NCBI RefSeq assembly: GCF_031769215.1
Contig: NW_026782132.1
Coordinates: 248,001 to 312,000 of the forward strand
Reading direction: 5' to 3'
Origin: Ylistrum balloti
Lineage: Eukaryota
Length of the DNA stretch: 64,000 nt
Both the position numbers and the translations under genes were made by a program. This document shows, one piece after another, positions 38,450 to 52,829 of this stretch (its first letter is position 1; every line of letters starts with the position of its first letter). A model generated the notes under the pieces. The model was not told the DNA's origin. It ran no database searches and saw nothing but the letters and a program-made list of their open reading frames with translations.

Positions 38450-39947
38450 CATAGAAAGACAACCTTCTTAGTGATCAGTGGATAGAAGGACAATCTTAGT
38501 GGTCACTGTACAGTAGAACAACCTCATTAGTAATAGAAGGACAATCTTCTTAGTGGTCACTGTACAGTAGAACAACCTCATTAGTGATCAGTGGATAGAA
38601 GGACAATCTTAGTGGTCACTGTACAGTAGAACAACCTCATTAGTGATCAGTCGATAGAAGGACAATCTTAGTGGTCACTGTACAGTAGAACAACCTCATT
38701 AGTGATCAGTGGATAGAAGGACAATCTTAGTGGTCACTGTACAGTAGAACAACCTCATTAGTGATCAGTGGATAGAAGGACAATCTTAGTGGTCACTGTA
38801 CAGTAGAACAACCTCATTAGTGATCAGTCGATAGAAGGACAATCTTAGTGGTCACTGTACAGTAGAACAACCTCATTAGTGATCAGTGGATAGAAGGACA
38901 ATCTTAGTGGTCACTGTACAGTAGAACAACCTCATTAGTGATCAGTGGATAGAAGGACAATCTTAGTGGTCACTGTACAGTAGAACAACCTCATTAGTAA
39001 TAGAAGGACAATCTTCTTAGTGGTCACTGTACAGTAGAACAACCTCATTAGTGATCAGTGGATAGAAGGACAATCTTAGTGGTCACTGTACAGTAGAACA
39101 ACCTCATTAGTGATCAGTCGATAGAAGGACAATCTTAGTGGTCACTGTACTGTAGAACAACCTCATTAGTGATCAGTCGATAGAAGGACAATCTTCTTAG
39201 TGGTCACTGTACAGTAGAACAACCTCATTAGTGATCACTGGATAGAAGGACAACCTTCTTAGTGGTCACAGTATAGTAGAACAACCTCATTAGTGATCAG
39301 TCGATAGAAGGACAATCTTAGTGGTCACGGTACAGTAGAACAACCTCATTAGTGATCAGTCGATAGAAGGACAATCTTAGTGGTCACTGTACAGTAGAAC
39401 CTCATTTGTGATCAGTGGATAGAAGGACAACCTTCTTAGTGGTCACTGTACAGTAGAACAACCTCATTAGTGATCAGTCGATAGAAGGACAATCTTCTTA
39501 GTGGTCACTGTACAGTAGAACAACCTCATTAGTGATCAGTCGATAGAAGGACAATCTTAGTGGTCACTGTACAGTAGAACAACCTCATTAGTGATCAGTC
39601 GATAGAAGGACAACCTTCTTAGTGGTCACTGTACAGTAGAACCTCATTTGTGATCAGTCGATAGAAGGACAATCTTAGTGGTCACTGTACAGTAGAACAA
39701 CCTCATTAGTGATCACTGGATAGAAGGACAATCTTAGTGGTCACTGTACAGTAGAACAACCTCATTAGTGATCACTGGATAGAAGGACAATCTTCTTAGT
39801 GGTCACTGTATAGTAGAACAACCTCATTAGTGATCAGTCGATAGAAGGACAATCTTAGTGGTCACTGTATAGTAGAACAACCTCATTAGTGATCAGTCGA
39901 TAGAAGGACAACCTTCTTAGTGGTCACTGTACAGTAGAACAACCTCA
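38450..39947. repeat. 59-bp (variant 62-bp) dimeric minisatellite
   Basis: About 25 copies of tagtggtcactgtacagtagaacaacctcat + tagtgatcagtggatagaaggacaatct. Confidence 0.95.
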
Positions 39948-42838
39948 TAGCAAAGATTAACCCAGAAGGGACAGATTAATAAACTATAAACATTGATAGT
40001 AACCCAGCAGGTCTGGTGGTCAGTATCATAAATATCTGTATGTGTTAACACTTGTATTAGGAAACATGTGGCTGAGGTATGCAACAGTCTACATAGCTGA
40101 CAAAAAAAGCTTTCCATACACATTTTTCCATTGCATTGAGACACTGACTTGCAAAAATGTAAAATCCTATACAATATCAATTAAATTTAAAGATTTATTT
40201 TAATGCTTCAAGCTCAATTTCATCAGTACCTGATATGAGAGTATAATTTAACATATGTAAGAGTTTGTAACATCCTAAATTGATCAATGAAAAGAGATTT
40301 ATCACACAGTAAATAAACCAGAGGCAATAACAGGTGCGTCACAAATACAGGGAAAATAAATCCTCTAACTTTCAATAATGTTGTTCAAAATTATAGAGTA
40401 AATTAGAGATTATTATTCGATCTTGTTAAGACTTGTTGTAAAAAACATAAAACCTAAGTCACTATCAAAATAGATCAAACACCTGGATATATACACCCAT
40501 GAGAATAAAATTGTGCATAGTCATTATATTGTTTTTTTAATTTGCATTAACTATTAAGGATGACACTAAAAAGGTAGCTATTTATACACCAGTAATACAA
40601 TAGCTATGTATAGTTCAGTGACATGCCACAAGTCTTTCACATTTTTTTTCATTTTGATGTGCTCTGTATATTTCTAATTTTTTTAATTGAATTTTGATAA
40701 TATTTGGCCATTTTGTATAATAATATCCATAGTTTCCTCTCATGATATTCATTCAGTTTTCCGTTGTTTATTTCAGATATAATACAAAATTATCTACACT
40801 GCTAATTTCCATGTGACAACATTTTCATTTATACGGTTACCAAAATGACATCAAAATGTCATCCCGAAAATCATGTTACAAATGGATTATTATTTCCCTG
40901 GTGATACAAAACGGAAAACAATTGATATAATATTAGATGAAGCAGGAAATAATTTTCAAGAAGTGTACAAAATTTTTTTGTCTAAAATGGTTCATGAATG
41001 AAGTCCAGAAAATTCATTGAAAAATGTTAGAAATACAAAGAATATATAGTGAAATAACAAAACATGAAAGACATGGCAGGTCACTTTAGCTCAGTAGGTA
41101 ATGAAATTGGGCCGTTCTGTTGTGTGTGGTTCTATCCTTTCTTGGGCCAAATTGTGTTTATCTGGGAGATGATCATAGGAAATGGACTGTTCTCTGCTAT
41201 TACATGGTTTATTGTTGATAAGCTCATATCACACAAACTGTACCTTTGTCTCTTAATGATGTGAATACTTAATGGTTTCAAACACTTCTCATTTCAGATT
41301 ATAGAAAGGAAGATTGAATAAAATAGTTTCATGTTATGAAATTTGTAAAATATTCTATAAAAAGATGACTGGATTAGCGTTGTGGGAACCAAAACACCTC
41401 ATAAATACAAGTTAAAAAGTCGGTATAATAGCTGATTCAGATTGTGGTGTATGACTTCAGTTAACACACTTGGTTGGTAATGTTATTGTTGACGAGCCTC
41501 TTATTTTGGTATTTGACTATGACACCTGATAATGGTTCTCAGGTATGCCCTCACCTGGTACGCCCACCTGTGCCTGTCAAATTTTCATATTCCCTAGATC
41601 TACAAGAACTTGTTGTGAATGTAGGATTTCCCAAATTGAAAAGATATCAACATCATCAATATGTTCTGCTGACAATTTATTTGGATGCAGAACAATGTAT
41701 CGAAATCATTGTTATGAATAAACCCAGTACAGTGTATTGTGTAATAAATTTGATATACTCTACCAACTGTACATGGACTGGGTGTTTCTATGGAATATTT
41801 CTGATATTGTATAATTTCTGATACATAATGCTGAGGATGGTTCACATCTTTATTTATAGTATTGTTTGCACGAGTAGAAATCTACCTGTAACATGAACAC
41901 CAGATCACGACTGTTTGTTAATACATATATTGGTATATTATCATCTGATACAAATCTCCACTGATTTCATTCCCCTAAGTTTATACAACACACTGGAAGT
42001 GACAGATTGTGAACAAAGTGGCAGTTATTTCCCCCTGGTATCTTGTTGGTCTGTAGTACCATTACATCACTTGCAGAATAATACTGAACTCTTGTACAAA
42101 AATACAATGAAGAACTTTGGGTCAATGTTGTCAAACATACTTTTTTTATAAATTAAAATTTTATATCTTGAAATATATGATATTTGCTATTGGTTTTTAA
42201 GATATATGATTTCTGAACATGCATGATAAGGTACGTGACTATAGACTGAAAAGTTTAATCCTCCAGAACAACGAAATGAAATTTTTTTATTTAGCAATGG
42301 TGACTTTGTTCTTTACTCCAAAGGATTGACACATAAATCTTTCTAGGAATAATGTTATATATACATGTATTAAGTTTGATGACAAGAAATGGAGTTTGAC
42401 TGCAATATCATCATAGTATAAATGTTTACAATGCTTTACATATCTTTTTACATTCATATCTATATCACTGAAATAAAGCAAAGTACTTCTAATTACACTG
42501 CTACAAAGTGTAAATTATTTCTCCAAATTTAAAGGAAAAAAATTAATAACAAAAACATGTATTAAGCCTGAAATTGATATTTTGATGTATTATAAATCCA
42601 TTGGTTATGTAAAATATAAAATAATCAGGCAACCCCATATAATTTCTTTCCATACAATTAATCAACCTTTTTAATGCTTTGTCTGATCATCAGTAAGTGA
42701 TTCCAATGTTGTTCAAATGTTCCATAACAATCTATGCATTTTTCAGTCTGCTATACTATATATATGTTGATAACTTTTAAAATAAAAAGTTTAGGCATCA
42801 AATATCTATATATATCTGAAGAAATGTGAGATATATAC

Positions 42839-42867
42839 CTGGAGGTTCATACTTTGGTGACTGCTGT
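42839..42867 (-). other. Candidate 29-nt exon containing a possible start (MNLQ, phase 0) in frame with exon 35401
   Basis: Acceptor tttatcaacag with further AGs nearby, donor CAG|gtatat, aagtATGa context. Confidence 0.3.
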
Positions 42868-43668
42868 CTGTTGATAAACACGGTTAACATGCATGTAAAC
42901 AAACTGATACAGTATGGTACAAGTCCTACCTAGTATTTCCTAATCTCATACTGATGTGATGTCACCAGTCTAGCCTAATGTCCATGCAGGATGTCTCATA
43001 GTCATATGCGGACATTTCCACGACAAAGGGTGTGTTAAGCCATTCCAAATAAATTCTGACTCTGTGATCCCTGATGACCTCTGACCCAGAATCATCCCTC
43101 ACTTAACCCTTGACCTGTGATCAGAACTGTCACATCCTGCACTAACCCTGTATTGTCATTATATTTATGGTTGGACTGTATACCTGTACATTACTCTATC
43201 TATTATCACCTGGTCACTGTATACATAATTAGGTATATTGGATTACACTGCCCAGCAATGACCAAATTAGTTGAATGGTTGTCATGGTCACATGAGAATA
43301 AAAATATATTTATGTTCAGTTCTATTCCTTAAATAGATCTGGCACATTTGCTTATCATAATTACTGTTACACTATAAAAGACAACTGACTACGTTTGCAA
43401 ATGTGATTCATCCTTTAATTCATTTATTTAGAAAGCCTTGCATTTGTCTTTGGAAACAAATTTTAAAATAAAAAAATTTCAAAGTTGACTGAATCCTTGA
43501 TAAATGTAATGTTCACTGGTATTGATACAGGGTTAAAGTCTGTCTTAGTTGCTAAGAAGGTCGAGGAATTCTTCTCTGCATCAATCCTGTAATGATTATT
43601 TTGATATTCAAGACTTGCGAATGAAATGTCTCATTCATACATTTTTTTAAATACATGGAGTATAAAAG

Positions 43669-44265
43669 AACAAGAGGCCCATGGGCCTAACAATCATCTG
43701 ACTACAAAAACTTTCAGTGGGGAGAAGGGTTATTTTTTCTACTTTGAATGAAATCTTACTAAGGAGCTGTTTTCTATGATGCAGATGGTAGTTTGGTGGG
43801 GGGTAGGTAACTGTAACAAGTGTTACCTATATTTTAACAGTAAGGTTGGAGCTCAATCCAACTGGGAAAACCATGATTGCGTTACAAAATGGCCTCCTTA
43901 GATGCCGTATCGAAGTTTTGACAAAGTCGAAATATAACAAGGATTTGTTGGCTACCTTTCCTTAACATTCCCACCAATTTTTAGCTCCATGGCACCAATG
44001 GAATTGAAGAAGTTTAAAATATGTTTTTCAAGATGGCCGACATGGTGATTTCAAACATACCCGAAAAATAACAACATTTGGTCTGGACCATCTCAGGATC
44101 ATTTCATGCAAGTATGAGCTCAATCCCATTGGTGGATCTTGAGAAGTTTGAAATGTCAAAAGTTTCCACATGGTGGATTGCGCCGCACAGTGCATGGCAG
44201 ATGATGATGGGCAAAGCACAATGAATATAGATCATTATGATCCTTGGGGTCAGATGACCTTATAA
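43669..44265 (+). mobile_element. Non-autonomous Helentron/HINE-like element, apparently full length
   Basis: Starts AACAAGAGGCCCATGGGCC (hairpin); 9-bp inverted repeats tcatctgac (43694) and gtcagatga (44249); 3' hairpin tgatcc-ttg-gggtca; internal caagatggccg. Confidence 0.65.
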
Positions 44266-45630
44266 CATCAGCATATAACTTCTTTTTGATAAATGTATCT
44301 GTATCATTGATATATCAATAAACAGCCAGGTTTATTTCCTTGTGGCTGGTGGCTACCTCACTGAAAAACATACAGGAGGTCTGACGCATGCTATCCTCAA
44401 TAATCAGGATAAAGTGTCTAGCCAAGAACACAAGCACAACAATACAGACAGGTCTGTTTCCCAGCTTTCCCAGAAACACAAATTGTCACAGGTAGGAGTG
44501 TCAAACTACACACCTTGTTACCTGAGGATATGTAGGCTAGCATTCTTCCCAAATGAGTTATCATGGCCTCTAAATAAACAATATAAGTCTGTACATTGGT
44601 ATGAAACCTGTTTCGTTATATCACTGATATTTCACCTCATATTTTGCACAAAATGATCTTGACATATTTTGATACAATGACTTTCAGCACTGCAAGGATG
44701 TTGCCAAATACACACACCAGACGTCTGATAAATCAAGGGAGATAATTATCCACTACTCTCGGATGTGTATGAGAATACGTCATTTGTAATCAAAATTTTA
44801 TCTCAGTCAAATCAATAGATCTTGTGTTGGTAACCAATGGGATGATGTTGTAAAAGTGATGGCACACTGCAGTATGTTACTCTGAAAATTGTAAAATCTC
44901 CTACAAGTAACACTTTTTAATAAGCATCAAACTTCTCAAAACCATTTCAAGAAATGAGGAAGATGGTTTTAGAAAATACATACTTTTTTTCCCATGTAGA
45001 ATAAATCTTTTTACAAGCTCAGCTGATTTATTATATACTCCAGTATAACTTTACATAATCGAGAATGACACAGACCACAGACTAAAAATACACTTATAAT
45101 GATATACATACGCAGAGCCATACATTCAAGTGCATGGTGACAGTAGGTAATTATATGGTCCCATATATTGACATAAATTGGTTAAATAGATTTCTAGAAA
45201 TATTGATAATCATATCTATTGTAAGTACTCCATGTCTGTAGTTGACTGGACAAGCTACAATGGAGAAGAGCTGCTCTATGTATGTAACTAATCCCTTTAG
45301 CTCTAAGTCAATATCTATGTGTTACTTATATAGGTTGTTCAGGTAATCTGCTGACTGTACATTCTAGCCAGTATTATACACCTGTGTTAATGTTGTACTT
45401 ACAAACACATATAAATATTGTTATAAATGATATAAAAGAAGAACAGTTCTAAAGGTATGTCTCTTGATCTTCTGAGATGTATCCCATAGAACAATGGAGT
45501 ATATCTCCATGAAATGTGAGCTTGTCTCATCCACAACAGATCACATGAGGATGAAATAACAAGAGGTCTCTTCTGAAGTGTACTCCAGGTAAACAGTAAT
45601 GCCACACAAGTGTTAAATGTGTCCTGGTTC

Positions 45631-45690
45631 GTGGGGTGGTGCAGTGGTAATACCCTTCACCTCAAGGCATTATACCCGAGTTTGACTCCA
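45631..45690 (+). mobile_element. tRNA-like remnant (SINE head or tRNA pseudogene)
   Basis: A-box tggtgcagtgg and B-box-like gagtttgactcc at tRNA-like spacing; no clean cloverleaf. Confidence 0.35.
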
Positions 45691-45999
45691 TCATCAGACA
45701 TGGATTAACTGAGTTAGTGATTTTAAATAGAAATCAAACCTTAATAATATTTACAATGACTGTTTATATGCTACTCCATATCCTGTCTCCTTTGTATATT
45801 GTTTGTAAAATGAATCTCTTGTAATACAAATGTGTGGCCAGAGAAAAATGTCAAGCAGCTTGTCTGCAGTATATCTACATATGACTTAACTTGTACTGTA
45901 TGAAAATTCTCATTCTCCTAACAAGCACTAGTTAAAAACTTTTATCTGAGCAGTATGTCTATTCCACTTTGATGTTTTCTATCATAAAACGTCAGTCCC

Positions 46000-47330
46000 G
46001 ACTAAAACCCAATGATATGGATGTGAAAGTAAAGGGAGAGTAAGTGTAAGTGAACCTTGAATCTGCCACACCACGTAACATTATACTACTTCTCTTGTTG
46101 TACGTAAACATGATCGATGATAAAGTAAATCCAACACTGTCTTGTCACAATTTCTCTCTCCATTGGGGTTTAGGGTTTGACTGCGTCAGGCTGTCACTTG
46201 AGTTACAGTTTATCATGTGGATTATGTAGTAAATTAATGACTTCAGAAATGAGACTTAAATATGCAAAGCTTCATAAATTGAATTAAAGAATTCTAAAAA
46301 ACTAACATGAAGATCATCATAACAACATTTGAATTGGCTTTGACTTAAAAACAGCGACAAGTTGAACGGATCTCATGTTAAGACAGAATCCATTGAGCTA
46401 GACATTTTAACAGTGACGCTGCACTCTAAGCTGTATGAATATGCAGTGACATCTGTAGGTAGATAGATTCTGATGCATTGCATACCTATAGGGCAATGAT
46501 GCATTTTCTGTGTAAGTAGGGTTTTGATAGCACAGAATATGCTTTAGAGTGATTTTTCATAGAGCAGTTTTATCACAGTGTCTTTAAGTTCAAATAATAG
46601 TAATTACCGAGAACTGTCTGCATTTGGCTACTGAAGAGTATACCCTGGTATTTTAATGGCAATCGTGAATCAACATTTTATTTCTGCGGTACATACATGT
46701 ATTACAGTGACGTGACCCGTAAATTTTGCTAGTGTCATATTATTTATTCATTACGAAATAGAATAACACAATGAAGAAGGCGTCAACATTGATTAAAAAG
46801 ATTCCCAACTGAAATTATCAACCATTGTGATCTTTTTCGTTGACAGTATACAGACATATAGTGGTACAATATGTATATAGGTAAGGAAACTTAGGTCAAT
46901 TAGGGCTGTCCCTCGTTAACCTTGGTCAAGGTAGGACTGTCAAAGCATTTCAAAACAAACAATAACAAGTAAGAATTCAAATCTATTGCAATGAACTATA
47001 TAACAGATTCTTAAGGATAATTTGCTTTAAATTCTGCTTGATTTATCCCGTATTTTACTAAATACAAGATTTAGAGTCTCTGTTGTGTGTGGCTGAAAAC
47101 TTTGTACTGGTCTATCAAAATAAAAAGAATTATGATGCTGTATACATTGAGTATCAAGTTCAGTACACAAACACCCAGGCAACACCGATCTGACTCACTA
47201 TCATCCTGTTTTATTTCAGCAATAATAAAGTTTGATTTATCGCTGGGTAAACAGTCTATAAATAGCTATGGGTACACAAATCGTGTCCTTACCTTACCGG
47301 GTGGGTAGGTTTACGACTGTTTAGTCACAG
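46000..47330. promoter_or_regulatory. Second CpG-enriched region (possible promoter/enhancer or young insertion)
   Basis: Many CG dinucleotides, a CRE-like gtgacgtga, and tandem minus-strand donors ccg|gtaag|gtaagg at 47291-47297. Confidence 0.3.
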
Positions 47331-48481
47331 TTATATAATTATCCACTGACTGACTGGTCTTTATCCACTGACTGACTGGTCAAAGACTTAATATATATAT
47401 ATCCCTATGTAGTCACTGTGTAAATCCACCACCTAGTAATTTGGAGATATGTGTTGCAGTTCCCCCATCCTCCATCCACTAGCCTTCAGCCAGTTTGTCT
47501 TGTGTATATACCAGATGGTCAGCATTAAGCTATTAAATAAACAGTAACCTGCAAAAATGACTAGTCCTTCCATCAGTGAGATCTATTCTATTAACTATTT
47601 AAATGTGTAGCTTTCATCACAAATCATTGTCAAATGTATATCTATGTTCAAACTTTCTTCAATTATCTACCTTTAATAATTAGTATAATAAATGCCATTT
47701 TCTTTTTTTGTTTGTTTGTTTTTTTCCATTGTCATTTCAGAATATTTGAAAATAAAATACAATGTTAACACTTTACAGTTAAACAAACCTGTTACAAAGT
47801 GTTCTCCTAAAATGTTTTATCTACGTAATGAAGGTACATAACAATGCATTATTTCCGTCCAGGATTTATTACGAAATCTCAACTCTCGTCTAAGTTAAAC
47901 CATAGAATAGGTTTTTTTCCAATTTCCTCTTCATTATGACCTGTCTATATGTAGTTAGCATGTTAATCTGTCATCATAACATGTAAATAGCCTTCAGCTG
48001 AAATGGACAGGTAAACAATGTCATCTTAACATACTACGTAGATAATAACATCAGACCAGGCCAACATAAATAAAGACTATTGAAACCATATGAAATATCT
48101 CCTATAATATATCTAGACTACTAGCCATAATTATATATAAGTCTCAACCTTTAATACACATTAACTTGTAATGTTGTTATCTGTATCAGCACTATTTCAC
48201 AATATTGTATTAATACCTGTGATTAGACAACGATACCCACAACTGTACATAGAAATTTACCTGTATTTTGTCAGTATACAAGAAAACTAGACCTTGATAA
48301 ATCAGACTGTATTTAGTCTACAGAATTGTTTTATTACATCATCTCCATAGTCTGAATATCAGAATCATTATAACTTGTCCAGTACATGATCTGACTATAT
48401 CCTGAATCCCAGTAAGACTGTTCATGTAAGGAGAGTGCTATGTCATTTTGGTGTTAATATCTAAAGAAATGACATCCTTCT

Positions 48482-48965
48482 AGTAAACCTACGCTCAAAG
48501 GCATCCAGGTAAACCTACCCTCAAAGTCATCCTGGCAAACCTACCCTCAAAGTCATCCAGGTAAACCTACCCTCAAAGGCATCCTGGCAAACCTACCCTC
48601 ATAGGCATCCAGGTAAACCTACCCCTCAAAGGCATCCTGGCAAACCTACCCTCAAAGGCATCCTTGCAAACCTACCCTCAAAGGTATCCTGGCAAACCTA
48701 CCCTCAAAGGCATCCAGGTAAACCTACCTTCAAAGTCATCCTGGCAAACCTAACCTGAAAGGCATCCAGGTAAACCTACCCTGAAAGGCATCCAGTTAAT
48801 CCTACCCTCAAAGGCATCCAGGTAAACCTACCCTCAAAGTCATCCTGGCAAACCTACCCTCAAAGTCATCCTGGCAAACCTAACCTGAAAGGCATCCTGG
48901 CAAACCTACCCTGAAAGGCATCCAGTTAATCCTACCCTCAAAGTGATCTAGGTAAACCTACTCTT
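48482..48965. repeat. 26-bp minisatellite (gtaaacctaccctcaaaggcatccag)
   Basis: About 18 copies. Confidence 0.95.
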
Positions 48966-49436
48966 AAAGTCATTCCGGTACACAAACCTACAAAGTTGAC
49001 AAGGTAAGCATTCTCTCAAAGTCATCAAGTTACACATACCCTCAGTCATCCAGGAACACCAACTCAAGATGGACAAATATCATATGTCAGTATCTGTTAC
49101 CTGTATGTCTATACTACATGTCTAAAGCAACTACCTATCTACAGCCAGAGACAGTCCCTATTCAACTCTATTACCTGTATATATTGATTGCTTGTCTAAA
49201 ACAACCACCTGTCTAAAGCCAATGACAGTCTACTCTCATCATATGTCTGTATCTATTACCTGTATATCTGTACCATCCATCTGATTTAGAAGAAATTTGT
49301 GAGAAAAGCTAGGAAATGGTCCTATTTTAATTTGATCCTTCTGTAATGCCTTATATATGGGATAATATGTGATATTAGAAATAAATCATGAGTGCCAATG
49401 TTTATGTAATCTATGTAAATACTAATCTCGACAAAC

Positions 49437-49728
49437 TGCTCGGCTAGAGAGAACTCTTCAGCTGAACCGGTTGAGAGTCAGACAATGAAATGAATAATGG
49501 CCTCAGTTACATTTGCGCCCATTTAAGGATTCTGGAATAATGCTTAGCATTACTTTCACAAGCATCGCTGTAACCACTGGAAACTCCAGGACCAATGCTT
49601 TCCTGAAGGAGGAGTATGTAACCTTGGTAAATACTAGTCGCAATATACAACTTGATCAGTTGAGGGTCTGACTAGTAAGCCCGAGGTCCTCGACATGAAT
49701 CCTAGTGGAGGCATTGAAATAAATAACC
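49437..49728 (+). mobile_element. Two adjacent tRNA-derived SINE remnants of a second family
   Basis: Both tRNA-like heads are followed by A(T/A)TGAAAT(G/A)AATAA (49484, 49713), also seen at 54141. Confidence 0.45.
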
Positions 49729-50560
49729 ACATTGGTTATGTTTACTTACTTACACCCGATATTTTCTTCATATAAAATAGATATCTTTAGGGAGCTTGGA
49801 GGTACAGGGTTGGAATCCTCCAGCCTAGCTGGCCCAATCTTTTCTTCTATCTCAGTAAGTAGTGATCATGATAATGTCTTGATAGACTAGCCAAGGTACA
49901 ATACTAGAAAACATTAAGGGCAAAGACTTAAAAATGGAAGGCAAAGTATAACACTCACTGGACCTGCTACAGGCTATTCTCAATAGGTAAAAATCCTTAT
50001 CATTTTGTGTTCAGGTTTCAATTTGGGTCTGTCTGCTCCATATTACATATTCTCATCACGTATTAGACAATCCATTTAATTAGAAAGGTTTATATTGTCT
50101 CCTGAACTTCACATTTGTTGCAGTCTCTCACAGCTTTATGGTACAGCCCATATCCATCCAAGTACTGTATACTGCAGCAGAATCTCTGTCTCCCAATCAT
50201 TTATCATCTATCTAAATCTGTTATCTGTATATATACACACAGCAAACTTTACAGATCCAATTTTCAGTGCTGTGTACTTTTTACGGCCTAAGAATACATT
50301 ATCACTACATCCTTTCAACATTATCTGCTAGATCTCTAAAACTACAATCCCTTTTTGATTGCAACTCCCTGACCTTAGAGTACTAAACAGTTCCTTTGCA
50401 TCATTTACCTGTGTATTACCTTAATCTTATGATTACTACTTAGTTAAACAATTCTGTCACCAAACAGGGGAATCCCAACTATTTGTTTACATACAGGCTA
50501 AAAATATACCATACCAGGGAACCTCGCAGAACACTTGTAGTAGAACTCTTTTGTACTTAC

Positions 50561-50593
50561 CTTGCGAAATATCTTAATCCAAGTCTCTAATAG
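50561..50593 (-). other. Candidate 33-nt microexon (5'UTR, or LLETWIKIFRK phase 0-0)
   Basis: Consensus sites: atttattttag and AAG|gtaagt. Confidence 0.45.
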
Positions 50594-52522
50594 CTAAAAT
50601 AAATCCAGTAAAGAAATTGTGAAAAGCTTGCATAGGCTTTAGGACTGCTGCTACACATCGAATGCTCCTTACACACTGTCACTCTGCGTCATGCATGACA
50701 GACTCAGATGATGGCATGGTTCACTGATTACCGTGTAAATATTTGTAGATGTGTGACGTATGTACCTGTGGGACTATGAGTAAGGGTCGAGGTAATATAT
50801 ATACATATGTGAGCACAGTATACCTGTATACATGTATGACAAGGAGAAACTTCAGCTTTACACTTATATGACCCACACTGATATTTCACCCCGGGCATAT
50901 CACATCTGTGTGGTCAGAGCTTTACTCCGCCTGTTCATTCTGATTTGTCATACCTAGGTGTTTGAGTTACACGTCAACCTGTCAAAGTACCAATACCAGC
51001 CCAATACCTACCTGCAGAGCTTCATTTAACATACACCATAGTCAACTTAAAACTTCATACCTATACCTTATCAAACTCAACACATATAAAAAGGTGGGCA
51101 TACTTTTCTTAGAAATTTCATTTCCCAAGGAAGAAGGGATATTGTATTATGAAAGAAACATGAAAAAGTTAGACTGGAGTATTCTGTTTGACCATGACAA
51201 GCTGATGGAACAAACCTTAGTCAAATCACACTCATGGATATATGACATGGGGAGAGGGGGGGAGGGTAGGTTGGTATGATAATTCACTGACCAAATATGG
51301 TCATCTCCATCAATTTTTGAGGTTGAGATCATTACTAGTTATGAGTGGACACTGTGGTTACCATCAGGTGTGAGTATTTGCCTGTTTACGAGTTGATACT
51401 ATACCTGTGATTTGTTTATAATTGCAAATACATAATATGTAAATATGAATAGATTTCGTTTGACCCTTGACTAGTTATGTGTACCTAGTTCTATGAACTT
51501 TTCAACTCCCCCTTCTATATAAAAGAAATGATTGACAGAATAATTGTTAAGAAAGAAACAGATTAAATTTGAAATTCTATAATTTGATGGGACAAAATCC
51601 TGTTTAAGACAGCATGATTTCAATAACTATCTTTGGATTTAATATTGGTACTTGAGAATCAACTGGTATTTTTGTTACATTGTTCCCAATCAACCAGGGG
51701 ACACAACTCTGATATTGTTCATGAAGTTGACCTAATGCAATCTTAACTGTAGGGCTATTTAATGTCAACCTAACCTCCAAGTCTAATTGTCCTCTAACAT
51801 CAAATGATATATCAATATAGACATAGATACTATGGTATAAGGAATCAGGGTACACAAAATATATATGCAAATTTGTTACATAGAAGATATAAAAGAAATG
51901 CTACGTTTACATGAAGCAACAGGCACATTGTGCCTCTAGGTAGAAGATTTCCCATTCAGTTCTTGCAGGTTGTTGCTGGAAATTCTAATGCATCTGATAA
52001 ATTGTGAATGAGTATATGTCTGTATACGACAAGTTCATAATGTACTACCATCTTGTCAGTGTCTGTCTCTGACCAGTTCTATGGGTGTAATGCCATCTTT
52101 AAAGTTATTTCTGTATCTGACAAACTCATGATGTACTGCCATCTTAAAAGTTACTTCTGTATCTGACAAACTCATGATGTACTGCCATCTTTTGCATAAA
52201 TATCTGACCAGTTCTACACCAGAAAAACATCATATTTAAACTTCAAATGAAAAGCTTCCTTTTTAATGTCCTTTAGTATGGCTTTCATAGTTCTTTTCTC
52301 TGATAGAGTTTGGATTTATGTACAACAGATTCTAAATCCATGTTCCTGTTGATTATAGGTTTAAGAAATCATAAGCCTGTCATATCTATTAAACATCTTC
52401 ATCAAAAAGATGCTTAATTTAAAGTAAAATACCATGTAGATTGATCATAACAACTAAAGCCCTGATTTCAGATTTCTCGTGGCAAGAAATGCTTGTAACA
52501 CATCTAGTTTATAACATGATAA

Positions 52523-52600
52523 CTTACTTTCCTTGTTACCATGGTAACATTGATATAGTGTTATTATTGGGCAGCCAGTTAATAGTCCATGAGAGCCAAT
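52523..52600 (-). promoter_or_regulatory. Perfect RFX X-box (GTTACCATGGTAAC, 52535-52548) with two CCAAT boxes and an adjacent splice donor
   Basis: Exact 14-bp palindrome; ATTGG at 52566 and CCAAT at 52596; AAA|gtaagt donor at 52527 on the minus strand. Confidence 0.55.
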
Positions 52601-52829
52601 CACCATTCACTCTGGCCAAAACAGTGTTCAATGCAAAATAAATAATCTGTACCAAGATCACTTCAATAATGATATTAAGGCCTGGCAGCATCATTGAAGA
52701 TCATTAGAATGAAGTATTCAGAAATACATGGATCTATGAACATTGGACCCACCCTAATGTCCTTATGAAGAAATGTAGTACCCTTGGAGATAACCCAAAG
52801 AGAAGACTTTAGATACCAACAGTGATTAG

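Noticed and set aside
36650-39947. Regular arrays superficially like CRISPR
   Set aside because: Head-to-tail units with no unique spacers, no cas genes, and a eukaryotic context.
39917-40180. 87-aa minus ORF with a strong internal acceptor (ttttttgtcag)
   Set aside because: Only weak donors, and it runs into the 59-bp array; no supporting motif.
41474-41845. Overlapping plus and minus ORFs of 115 and 81 aa
   Set aside because: No splice-compatible open frame and no recognisable product.
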